Shown: piece by piece, positions 23,557 to 35,900 of the stretch | Layout: each line of letters starts with the position of its first letter | How positions within the stretch are numbered: position 1 is the stretch's first letter | DNA from: Antechinus flavipes | Taxonomy: Eukaryota | Length of the DNA stretch: 64,000 nt | Direction: 5' to 3' | Assembly: GCF_016432865.1 (NCBI RefSeq) | Contig: NC_067401.1 | Coordinates: forward strand, 238,452,001 to 238,516,000 | Made by a program: the position numbers and the translations under genes | Notes under the pieces: generated by a model | The model's database searches: none | What the model saw: the letters and a program-made list of their open reading frames with translations, nothing else | What the model was told of the DNA's origin: nothing

Positions 23557-25149
23557 TTGTGAAATGAAATGAAGATTCATTGTTGCATAATAATCCAACC
23601 TGATTAATTGCTTTTCACATCCTGATATGATGTGAAGCAATTGACAATGTAAAATCCAATGGAGAAAAATTCAGATGCTAGATATAGCATACCATAGGTG
23701 GTGGTTTAAAAAAAAAATCCCAAACCCAAACCAAACCTGAATGCTAATGTAAAACCTTTCTAGAGTTTCTCTATTTACATAAAATAAGGAGATATGTCTG
23801 TGCCCAAACTTATTATCTCATTATTGAGAGTCCAGATGATAAGAAAAAAATGGTACTAACTCATTATTATTACTTGATAAGATCCAAATGAGTCACTTTT
23901 GCTACTAGATCCACGTTATTTAGATGACCAATGGGACAACTAAATTCGCTGTGAATCGGTACAATCATTCATTCTCAAGTTAGGATTCTCAAAGCTAATT
24001 GTTAATCTTGAAACTGTATAACATCATTGCCTGTCATCTATCTCCTGCTTGGCATCCTCTCTGATCTTTTTTTCTTAGATATCTAAGATTACACTTAAAC
24101 ATGACAATTTTTAAAAATTAGGTAGCATTCAAGGGAAATTCTGAATATAAAGATTTTAATTAGCCATATGGATCTAAGTTTAAAAGGCAGTTTCTCTTGC
24201 TATCTGACCACAACATGAAGCAAAGCAAGAAGACGCCTTGGGGAGGTTTTTCTCCAAACAAGGATGTCATTAATTTAGTATAAAGCTCCAGCTCAAATGA
24301 AAGACTGGTAAAGTAAGAGCAGAGAGATCGTTTAACCTTTTGTACTTAACGAAACCATGCTTTCAGTGTTATATTGGGTTCCACAAATCTTTTTATCACT
24401 GCTTCCTCTAAAACATTTGGTACATTAAAAGGAAAGAAAGAATGTAAAAACATGGACACCAAGGTTCAGAAGATATTTACTTCAGCTTGCTACCCAAACA
24501 GTTTCTATGCCTAAACGGCAAAAAGAGAAAGGAAGGAGGAGGAAAAGACTGAGGAAACAGAAAGAAGAGGAGGCATAAGAACATAGGGGCATAGTTGTAG
24601 AACTGGAAAGGACTTAAACAGACATCTAATCCAACAGCTGTATTTTGCAGGAAAGATGGCCAGAAGCTGAAGTGACTTGCCTAGTGTCACATAGATGAGA
24701 AGTATTAAGTGGGAAGAGGTTGGGTTTGAATTTAGATCCTCTGATTCAGAGCTAGAGTTCTATCCCTTGTCACATGCTTTTAAAAATATTTATTTTATTC
24801 TGACCTTAAGAAACAAAACAAAATTTTCATAGAACAGTAAGGTAGAAAAAAAGATGATTGTGTCTGAACTTGTAAATCTATTATGTTCATATTCTTTTAA
24901 AATATATCATAAATTTATCATGTAACTTTTCCTCTCCCTTTTTGCCCCTTCTTTCCATGCATTAAGAACAGAGAAGTGTTGTTCTGATGACAGAATGACT
25001 AGTTGGAAGAACTGGATGGGGAACAAATGCAGAAGAACTAGCAGAAGCTAATTTTAAATAACTTGGCCTTTGGGAGGTCACATAGTTCTTTTAGTGACCT
25101 CAAGATTTTTCCTGAAACACATGATATCTTTTTAAATGTAATAAATCAT

Positions 25150-25880
25150 CTAGTGTTGTATTACTTTGTGTCTGTAGAACTAAAGTTAGAAGATACCCCA
25201 AAAGACAATGGAAGAATCTGTATCCCAAAGATCTCATAAAAAGGGAAAAGGACCCACACGTAGAAAATATTCATAGCAGCTCTTTTTGTGATGGGGCAGA
25301 ATTGGAAATTAAGGGAATGCTCCTCAACTGGGAAATGACTGAACAAGTTGTGATATACAAATATAATGGAATATTATTGTTCTGTAAGAAATGATGAGCA
25401 AGTGGGTTGCAGAAAAACCTGGAAAGACTTACATGAATTGATGCTGAGTGGAATGAGCAGAACCAGGAGAACATTGTGCAGAGTAACAGCTACATTGTGT
25501 GATGATCAACTATGATGGACTTAGCTCTTCTCAACAATACAGTGATCCAGGACAATTCCAAAAGACTCATGATGGAAAATGATAATCCACATCCAGAGAA
25601 AGAACTATGGAGACTGAATATAAATTGAAGCATACTATTTCCACTTTTTTGTTTTTTGTTTTTCTTTCTTATAATTTTTCTCTTTTATTCTGATTCTTTT
25701 TTTCACAATATAACTAATGTGGAAATATGCTCAAAATGCTTTCTGTTTTGGAGAAGGAGAAGGAAGGCAGGAAGGGAAAACAATCTGGAACTCAAAATTG
25801 TACAAAACAAATGTTGAAAACTGTCTTTACATGTGTTAATTGAAAAAAATAAAATATTAAGTATAAAAAAATAAAAAAGG
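25150..25880 (+). mobile_element. L1 3' end
   Basis: gaatctgtatcccaaagatctc...aatctggaactcaaaattgtacaaaac and an A-rich tail. Confidence 0.85.
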
Positions 25881-25939
25881 CAATGGAGGAATGAATGGTA
25901 GATGTGGTCCACCTGTTTCTTATTACAATTAAGAATCAT

Positions 25940-26260
25940 GCAGGAGATGTAAAGTAAAGGATGTCATTAAAGAAATGTATGACTAGAAGAATATATGGAC
26001 TGATCACGTAGCGAGCAAGAGCAAGGGAAGACTAATTGACCAATAGTTCATAAAGTTCATCAGTATTCCAGGACTATCAGGAGATCTAGAGGAAAGTCCC
26101 TAGTTTGTTGATTAATGGAAGGACATGGAGAAGAGCTACACAATAAAGCATCCATATAGATAGGCTGCTGTGTGCATTTTTGGAAGCAGTCCCAACATCA
26201 TTGAGATTATGGAGGGATTGGAGAATTAGAGACTATTTTAAATAATAGTTCCAGGAAGAA
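25940..26260 (+). mobile_element. Old RTE-clade LINE 3' fragment
   Basis: tggactgatcacgtagcgag (degenerate WAGHVAR motif)...agatctagaggaaagtccc (KRxRGRP-like) and an RTE-type tail. Confidence 0.55.
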
Positions 26261-26949
26261 TAGGAATGTCTGAGTAGGAATTGCAACGAACACTGGGCTT
26301 TGTAAATGTTATTTGCAATTTAAGAACCAAACACATTCTCATGTTTATGGAATAAAAAACATTTGGATGTCTTTTTATACAAATATACACACATACATAT
26401 GCACACACATAACAATAGCTACTATTTATATGGTTTGCAAAGTACTTTATTATGTTATGTTAAATATTATCTTATTTGACCCTCACAACAATCCTGGGAG
26501 GGAGATGCTATCTTTATTCCAATTTTACAGATAAGGAAAATGGAGGTTAACTGACTTGCCTGAAGTCACATCATAAGTGTATAAAGCAGTAATTACATTT
26601 AGGTCTTCAATGCTCTATTGTGCCATCTATATAATTATTATTCACTATTAGAAACAAGAAAAATTGATCAGGGAAGGCAGAAATCCAATTAAAATATATA
26701 AACTTTTCATATAAAGATAATAGATCACTCATGACCCCCTCAATTTTCTCATCTCTCATTTCCCTTTCATTGTCAGAATTCTTGAATAGATTACAATCAC
26801 CCTTTATATTCCTTCACCTATTCCTTCCAGCTAAACAATACACTCTACCTGTTTTCCCTATCACTCATTGGAACTAGTCTTTCAAAGGTCATTGATAACT
26901 TGCTGATCGCCAAACTAATGGGTGAAACAGTTGACCTTTAAACACATAA

Positions 26950-27195
26950 AGGCAGCTAGATGGTACAGTGGATAGAGCATTGGGTCTAAAGAAAGAAGGA
27001 CTATTCCTAAATTCAAATCTGACCTCAGAGACTTATTTGCCAGGTGACCTTGGGCAAGTCGTTTAAACTTTTTTGTCTTAGTTTCTTCAACTATAAAATG
27101 AGCTGGAGAAGGAAATAGTAAACCATTCCAGTATCTATGTCAAGAAAACTCCGAATGCGGTCATGAAGAATCTGAAGCAACTGAACAACAACACA
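26950..27195 (+). mobile_element. MAR1-type SINE
   Basis: ggcagctagatggtacagtggatagagc...gagaaggaaatagtaaacc...ctgaacaacaac. Confidence 0.85.
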
Positions 27196-29660
27196 ACAAT
27201 TAAGATGACCTTATTTTTTGAATCAAAATTTGAAACACAAAGGATGTTTTTCTTTTCTGTGAATGTATTGTTCAAATTTGCTTTGTAGCTAAATTTCAGG
27301 GTTTTTTCTATTAGTATATGCAGCCCAGGAGCTAATTGTCATCTTAACCACACTCAGTGGACTGCCTGCCCATCATGCACCACAGGTATACCTAATGCAA
27401 ACATTGTTATAGATGAAATAATATGCAAGCATTCTCATGAGCAATCACAGCCAGTGATTCAGAGCTACCTCTTTTGGATCTCAATCTTTTGTGACGTACA
27501 CATTTTGATTGCAAAGCTGACAATTCATTCAGTGCCTGAAATATCCCGGAATTTTCAGTGCATTTAGATGGCTGATGGAGACAAAAAGATAGAATATTTT
27601 AGATTGTGATTGTACTGGAAAACAAAAATGTATAATTATTGAATAGAGATTGTATCTTATTTATCCATTTCCTCCAGTACTCAATAAGTAAGGAATGAAT
27701 GAATGGATAAATGAAAAAAAAACAAAACCTTTCTTTTATGTACAAATCTAAGTTCAATACAGTGTTCTCTCGTTTTCTAACAGTATGGGGCTTTTTGCTT
27801 CACTCTGTGTAGATTTAGCACTGGAAAGGACCTTACAGACAATCTAGTCCTATTTATTTTACAAATGAGAAAAATGAAAACAAGAGAAAGTATTTAAGCA
27901 AGGATTTGGATCCAGGTCTTCTGACACCACATTCAGCCTTTGTTAAATGTTATGTTCACACATATACAAATGCAGAAACATAAGCATCATGCAGACTAAC
28001 TCATTTACCTTTCCTTTCCCATAATCATTTGCAAGGTCCACTAATCTTGTCCACTACTTTTATTTAGCTTTTGATTTTATTGATAATCAGTGCAATATGG
28101 AATATTAAGAAGGCAGCAGGGTACCAGTTTAATATAGGGACAAATGGAAAATGTTTGCAAATGCTAGTCCATGATCTGGGGGAAATTACTCCCTACTTCC
28201 TCTTCTCTCCCCTCCCCCCGCCCCCCCAGCATTGTTTTGTTTATTTCTCTAGTTAATTTTCAGTCATCTTCAATCATTTGGTCCAAAGGACTAGACAAAA
28301 CAAAATGAAAACCCTCTTATTCTGGTTTGGCGTAACTATGAGCAGTTTCTTAACAGTAAGAAATGGGTAATGGTTTGTATTTTTTTCCTGGCTGCTTTCT
28401 TACTTCTTCCTTTGCTGTCTCACCATTACGCTGTATACACAAACTTTTTGATTCTACTTCCTTTTGGTTTATTCCTAATCCTCAGTTAATCTTTCCCTAC
28501 TTTTCTTGTCTTTGATATTAAATCATTCCAGAAAAATAAAAACAACACATTTCATGTATTTGAATTCTCAGATAGGCTTTTGTAGATGTACTGGAATCTT
28601 TTCTCTCTGCTCAGACTACCTTCTCCCTCACTGAATCCGTAGACTGGAGCTGAGCCACATGTGGCCCAAGAGGATGCAACTGAATCAATCCCATTGTCCC
28701 AATGTCCATCTGTCAAGATTGACATGCCAAATGGCTAATGCAGGATTAGTGATACCATTTCCCAAAGTGAGTTAACAATATAATTTGAAACCAGCGGAAG
28801 GGATGGTGGTGGTCAATTGCAAATAAGGTTAATTTGACTTTGTTAAATGGATAGGAACCTGATGCTGTTGCTTCAAGCTGGATTAGCCAGATTTATGCTA
28901 TCAATTAAAAAGGTCCAGAAACAAAACAAAGCAGAAGAATGTAATATAAAACAGAACAACAGAATTAACCTTTGTAGAAAAGAGAATTCAGATTTTTTTT
29001 TTTTCTAAAGAGGCAGCATTTCTCACTCATCTTTTTCCCTTCTTTTCTCCAACCTGCCTAGCAACAATCTAGTAGAAATACCTGGAGGGGAAGTTTCTTG
29101 TATTCAGTTAAGATAAATACAAGGCCCTTATTGAAACACGAATTGGATCTTGAAGTAAAAGAAGCTACTTACTATGAGAAGCCTCATCCCTGGCATTATT
29201 TCTACTTTGCTTTTTTTTTCTACAGGGTATTACAAGATGTAGAACAATTAATGGAGTCCCCAAGAACGGAGCCAACCGATTTTTACTAAGACTTGTCTCC
29301 TGAGATCACAAAACATACTTTTAAGCATTAGGTGTCAGAAATAGTTTTCTTTTAGGAGAGTATTAATTGTTATTTGTTGAGTAAACAGCTGCTTTATTTA
29401 TGCATAGAGGCGCCAGGAGATACTTGTTCTGGAAATGTGTGTGTCCCATGTGGCCAGATGTAATAAATGAGTAGGCAGGTTGTAAATTTACATTCACTTG
29501 AATGGACCTTTTATTCAAATGCCTGCCAAGACACATGCACAGACAGGAGTGTTTAAAGGATTAACTTCCATAAATTTTAAACATTCTCTGGTGTTTCACC
29601 TGTCTATATTTTTCACTCATCTGTCTACCAGCCCAATGAACTGTTGCAAATACAAGACGA

Positions 29661-29677
29661 GAGCACCATCTAGTGGA
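29661..29677 (-). promoter_or_regulatory. CTCF-like binding motif
   Basis: Reverse strand TCCACTAGATGGTGCTC versus core consensus CCACYAGRKGGCRC (one C>T change); lies in unique sequence. Confidence 0.5.
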
Positions 29678-30074
29678 GAGGAAAGGGGGGCATTGTGGAG
29701 ATATTGGCTATAAATAAAGCTAAAGACCAAATTTAAGCCTTGCCAAATTTCCCATGGAATGGTAAAACCATATTATGAGTGAGAATACGTTAGGAAATTA
29801 AATGAGAGCTTGTGGAGGAAGGTACTGCTGGCCATGTTTTAGCTGTGTCATCATCTATCACTCACAGGACTAGCACCAAATTCAGTTTATCGATTTATGC
29901 ATTTTGATCACTGGAAAATCAGTTATTAATCAACAAAGAACTATTGATTTTTCCAGCAGAGTCACAGCCAGGAAGAAGTGTATCAGCTGTTACTATTAAC
30001 AGCCAGTGCTGTGGAAAGTTAACCACCAGCAGCTATGCCTCTGGCTTCAGATGCAAAGGTGATGAATCCTCTAG

Positions 30075-30262
30075 AGCAGAGGCTCTTATAAGGCCTTATA
30101 GCCTTTTCTGAGAGTCTAGCAAAGCCTCACAGATTAATGATTTCAAATTCATAAAATAAATATATAGAATTACAAAGTAAACTAATTATGTTGAAATAGT
30201 TATCAAAATATTAAATAAAAATTCACATGCATCTCTTCCTCCCCCAGTTTATCTCCCCTTAA
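30075..30262. mobile_element. Non-autonomous hAT fragment (same family as 1010-1170, opposite orientation)
   Basis: cataaaataaatatatagaattacaaagtaaactaattatgttgaaatagttatcaaaat. Confidence 0.5.
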
Positions 30263-32209
30263 GAACTCTTACTCAAGAATTAGGAGGTGAAATAGAATAA
30301 ATGCTCAAAAATCACCCAACTTAAAAAAAAATTGTCAGGATATATATTAGGCATTAATTTTTTTTTTTAGAAAAAATGGACATTTAGAATTTATTTCATC
30401 AATAAAATCAACAAGCATTTATTAAATGACTACTATGTGTCAGGTACTATGGATGTTCTCTTGGGTACATTATGGATGAACCCTTGAGTTCATATGGGTT
30501 ATGTGGGAACTGACCGAATTGTATATTTGTATATTTGTAAGAGGTATGGATGATTGGGGAATCAATAATCAGGACCAAGGAGAAAATCACATGGCTATTT
30601 TTCCTATTTCCTATTTATATTTAATTTTTAAAGGATAAACTTGTTATATTATTATTCTCTAATTCTAAGAAATGGTAGATAGGATGAAGATAATAAATAA
30701 GTCTCAATTCCAGGTTTGTGACAACCAAGAAAGATAGCAAGATTGGGAATTCAGTGGAGAGACTACCTGTGTCTATGAAATTATGGATCTTTTAAAGTAT
30801 TGAGGTCATTACCAGCCTTAATCTATGTCATGTGATGTTTTTAAAAGAATGAGGAATATTGTGAAATGAAATAATAATTAATTACATGCCTTCCTGTTAT
30901 TTTCCGAATTCTGTTCACAGGCTTAACTTCAGGGACTCCTCTAAGCCACAGTTAGGATGCTCAGCTGTGCTCTCCTGAAAATGTTTTTGTCCCTAGAAGT
31001 TTGGAAATCACTATACTAAGTCATTCACTCAATTTTAAAATTAAAGTGTGCCATTGCACATCCAGGCATACTTGCTTAGCTTTCAGACTCTACCAAAAAG
31101 CAATATTCCATCTTGCTGGCAAGGAAGGCATGCTGAATATGGAGTCAGAGGCTAATAAGACAAAAAGATCCTAGATCAAGATTTGGAAGAAACACTAGAG
31201 GCCCTCTTGTCCAAATTTGTTATTTTACAGATGAAGAAACTGAGGTAAAAGGAGGTCAAATAAATTGCCTGAGGTCGCCGAGGTAATAAAGTCAGAGGTT
31301 GGATTTGAATTTAGATCCTCTGACTATAGATCCTGGGTTCAAATTGAAATCTGACTGACTGACTGTATGTATGTATGTATGTGTATGTTCCAGAGTAAGT
31401 AATTTATTCTCTCTGGGTTTCTATTTCCTTATTTTTGAGATAGCCTCAAAGGTCTCATGCTGAACTAAATCCATGTGCCACTCTATGGACATCAAGTAGG
31501 TAAAGCTATGTCCTGGCAAATATGGGAGACAAGTAAAAGAACTAATTTAGCTCTTCATTCTATCTAAAATAAGCTAGAGGGATAGAAATGGGATAGAGTT
31601 AAAGTCCGAAAGTAGAACTTAGATTGTATAATTCTTAAATCATTATGGAATTTATCTATCAGAAGGGTCCTTTGAAATGATCTTATCTGAGATCACAGTG
31701 TAGTCAAATAGCTTTAGAACTGTGATTAAAACCTAGGTCTTGGTTCTTGGTTCAGTATTCTTTCTAGCATACCACAGTGACTCTGCCTCCACATAGATTT
31801 AGTCTGGCAATGATCTCAGTACTTTAAAAGATCCATGATTTCACAGGCATGGATAACTTTCCCATTGAAATTACAATCTTGCTGTCCTTTGGCAAATAGT
31901 TTTATGACTTCCTTTTATTCTCTTCCTCCAAAAATATAATTTTTCAATTAACTAAGGTAAAATTAGTTTTAGTTTAAGAATCTTATGATGCCTTGAGAAA
32001 TAGATGGAGATTCCTTGGTTGTCACAAACTTGGAGTTGGGACTTACTATCTTCCTCATCCTATATATGGCTTCTTAGAATCAGAAAATGATAATAATATA
32101 TACTACAATAATTGCATTCAATTTGGAGAAGGAAACAGGCTATAATGTATCAATTCATGGCTCTTGTAACCCTTATAATCAGGCCCATCACAGATTCATC
32201 ATTTCTTAG

Positions 32210-32720
32210 ACTTTTTTTTTTTTAAAGAAAACAAACAAAAAAGATGAAAATACTAAGCTCTGTTCCACATTCAGTCTCTGTGATTTTTTATCTAGATGTG
32301 AATGGCATATTTCATCCCAAGTGTACTAGAATTGTCTTGAATCACTGCGTTTGTGGAAAGAGCCAAATCCATCACAGTTGATCATCATGTAATCCTGTTG
32401 CTACTATGTGCAATCTTCTCTTAGTTCTGTTCAGCATCAGTTCATATAATTCTGAAATCAGCCTGCTCATCATTTCTTATAGAACAATAATATTCCATGA
32501 CATTCATATACCATAACTTATTCAGCCATTCCCCAAATGATGAGCAACCACTCAATTTCCAGTTCCTTGCCACTACAAAAAGAGCTGCCACAAACATTTT
32601 TGCACATGAGAATTCTTTCCTTCTTTTATGATCTCTTTGGGATATAGACTCACTATAGTTCTTTGATCTTCCAAATTGTTCTCCAGAATGATTGGATCAT
32701 TTTACAATGCATTATGTTTC
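32210..32720 (-). mobile_element. L1 3' region
   Basis: gttccacattcagtctc...ccataacttattcagccattcccc...ctccagaatgattggatc. Confidence 0.85.
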
Positions 32721-32765
32721 TAAGCTAGGGGACCTTCCTGAGAGAAAAGACTACATTTATTAGTG

Positions 32766-32799
<34 letters not shown>

Positions 32800-32955
32800 T
32801 TTTTGGTATGTGTCCTCATTATTTGCCACAGTGGTTAAAATATAGTAAACACTTAAAAATGTTTGACTGACTTGCTTGCTGATTTTCAAAAAAGTAATAC
32901 AGCAAGAATATTTCAGTATTTAGACTCAGATGTTCATTGCCCCACCTCTAAGTAA

Positions 32956-33010
32956 TAGTATAGTGGTAAAATGTTTAACAACTAGCTCTCTCTGTGTGTG
33001 CGTGTGTGCA

Positions 33011-33041
<31 letters not shown>

Positions 33042-33217
33042 ATACCTACACCTTGTAAATTGAATCTACAAATTAACATTTTCCATCACTTTCTTAAATC
33101 TAGATAATCAATAAAACAGTAAATCAAGCCCATATTTGCATTTGTTTGCTGATTTCTGAGGTGTATATGCTCACACTGAAAATTTAACAGTTGGGAAGAG
33201 CTCATTTTAGCACATTC
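32956..33217. mobile_element. MER63-like (hAT-Blackjack) non-autonomous element with internal (TG)n
   Basis: Ends tggtaaaatgtttaacaactagctctc and gaaaatttaacagttgg...tagcac resemble MER63 termini (recalled consensus). Confidence 0.65.
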
Positions 33218-34319
33218 CTTTTTCCAAGATCCCTTCAAACTCCATACCTCTGAGCCTATAAACTTAAGTTAATAAGAACCAAAATAAATGGGGGAGTGGC
33301 AATTTACACCTGAGTTAATTGGCCCACAATGGCTTTTTCAGAATTCCCAGAATGGCACAGATCTTTATGTCAACACCTCTTTTACATTTAAGGTGTACAG
33401 CCATGTTTCTCCTTACCCATCATTAATTTCATCAGTTGCCTTGCTATAAGGCATATATCCTCTCTCCACTCTCACTTTCCAGTTCTAGGACTTTCATAAA
33501 ATCAATAGTGCCATTGCTATTAGAAAGGGTGTGCCTGTTAAACTGCTCAATGGCTCCATTCATCATCCTGATGACTTTCCAATCCAAAATGCCTTCTGTC
33601 CACCTCTTCTTTCTGTTGTCTTCTCTAAAATGTAAGCTTCTTGAGGGCAGGGGCAGTACTCAGTTTTGTATTTCTATCCTAGGTATTTAGGAAAGTGTTT
33701 GGCATATAATAAGCACTTAAAATTTTTTTCATATAATTTCAAACATTTTTTTCTCAAGACTATTATGCTACTGTTACAGTATCTGCATATAAAGTATTGC
33801 AAAATTAAAACATTAGTATGGATGAGTGCAATTCAATGTTCTAAAGCTGCCACTGAGTCATTGTCCCACTGAGATGATTGGGAAAACCAAGAACTTCCCC
33901 AATGTTTCATAAATGTACTTCAGAGATGATGTTACATCGTTACAAACTGTGTAGGGGCCTGGAGTGTTTGATGGAACATCTGGAATTTAACATATTTATT
34001 CTAAGATCAAATATACACTTCTCTATTTGGCATTAAAAGCTTTTTAAAAGCTGATCCCTTCTTGCCTCTCCAGTCTCTTCCTCATGTTATTCCTCACCAT
34101 GTATTTCATATTGGTCTACTGGTTATTACTTTTACATGATGTTTTTGTACTGGATGTCCCCTATAACTAGAATCCTCTTCCCTTGCATTTTCTTCTCCTG
34201 GAAATCCGTGGTAACACCTCAAGAATCAATTCAGTGACACAGTCTGTAAGAGGCATTTCTTCATCCTCCAGCTGGAAGTGCCTTACTATCTAAGTTACTT
34301 TTTGTCTCCTTTATATATT

Positions 34320-35900
34320 TTTTAAAATAAATTTTTATTGCTATCGTTTGCTTTTTTTCACTTCACCAAAATATTTACCACTATTGCTCCTTCTTTTCCT
34401 CCCAGAGAGCTGTCTCATCTAACGAATAATATATTCTATTCTCATGGTATATTTGTTTTTTAGATAAGTTTTTATTTCTGTCTTCTTTTTTATATCATCA
34501 TAGTTACTCCCTCAGTATTCTCACATTTTCCCCTTCAAGATAACCATCTCATATAACAATTTTTTTTAAAGACAAAAAGAGAAAAAACTACATCAGTGCC
34601 ACTGATCAATACATTGAAAAAGTCTGAAAGCATATGTAATATGTAACATGTGACTCTCCATGAAGGGGTAGGTTGGAGGTATTCTTTTGCATCTCTTTAT
34701 TCAGTCCTGCTTGCTCTTTATAATTTTGTTGCATCTGCCTTTGATTTTTTTGGTTTGTGACTGTTTTTTTCATTTATATAGCAGTTATTGTATATTTTTT
34801 TGTCTCTTCCTTCATTCTGCATCAGTTTATATAGAACTTTCTATATTTCTTTGCTTTCATCATATATGCAATTTCTTTTTAGCACAGCAACATTCTATTA
34901 TATCCATGTAGCACAATTTGTTTAGTCATTCTCCAGTTAACGAGCATCTATATTATTTCCATTTTTTTTTTTGCCATTACAAAAAAGTGCTACTCTTAAT
35001 ATTTTGGTAGAGATGGTGACTTGTTTTTTATCTATAGCTTCTTTGAGGTGTAAGTCCAGTAAGGAAGTTTCTGGTTCAAAGAGTATAGACATTGTAGTCA
35101 CTTTGTTGGCATAATTCCAAATTTCTTACCAAAATGATTGTATCACTCCACATATCCAATAACAATATATTAGCATATCTATCATTCTACAGTTTCTCCA
35201 AAATTGATACTGCCATTTTGGGTCATCTTTGTCAATGTTCAGAGTATGAAGAAAAGTCTCAGGGTTGTTTTTATTTACATTTCTCTTTTTATTAATATTC
35301 TTGAGAATTCTTTTATATTGTTGTATATGCTTTGCAGTGCTTTTGAGAACTAATTGTTTATATCATATGGAAAATGACTATTATATCATAGCTATGTATA
35401 CATATATACATACATACATCTATATCTATATCTATATCTATATCTATCTATCTATCTATATATATATATCTTCGATACCAAATCTTCTTAGAGAAATTTG
35501 TTATGAAGATTTTTCTTCCATTCAACCATTTCCTTTCTTATCCTATATGCATTAATTTTGTCTGTGCAGAAGAAGCACTGATTTTTCAAGTAGTCAAAGT
35601 TATCTATTTCTCATTTTTAATTGTCTTTATCTCATTTGGTTAAGAATACATTTCTTATCTATAGCTAGGAGAGCTGTATAATTTTCTATTTTAATCACTT
35701 TTATATTATGATCTACAGTATTAAAGGCAGTGTATGTATTTAGAATGTATTGTATAATATGGTGTAAGGTGTTAGCCTAAGTTTAGTTTTTTGTCAGACT
35801 GCTTTACAGTTTTACCAGAAGTTTTAATCAAATAAAGAGTTATTCCTTGGTCATTTATATTTTCCAATTTTTCTAACACTAAGTTATTAATTTTCCTTGT
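34320..35900 (-). mobile_element. Old L1 3' region with compound TA/TCTA microsatellite (~35395-35470)
   Basis: Reverse L1 strings (tgctactcttaatattttggta, ttccaaatttcttaccaaaatgattg, tgcattaattttgtctgtgcagaa). Confidence 0.75.
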
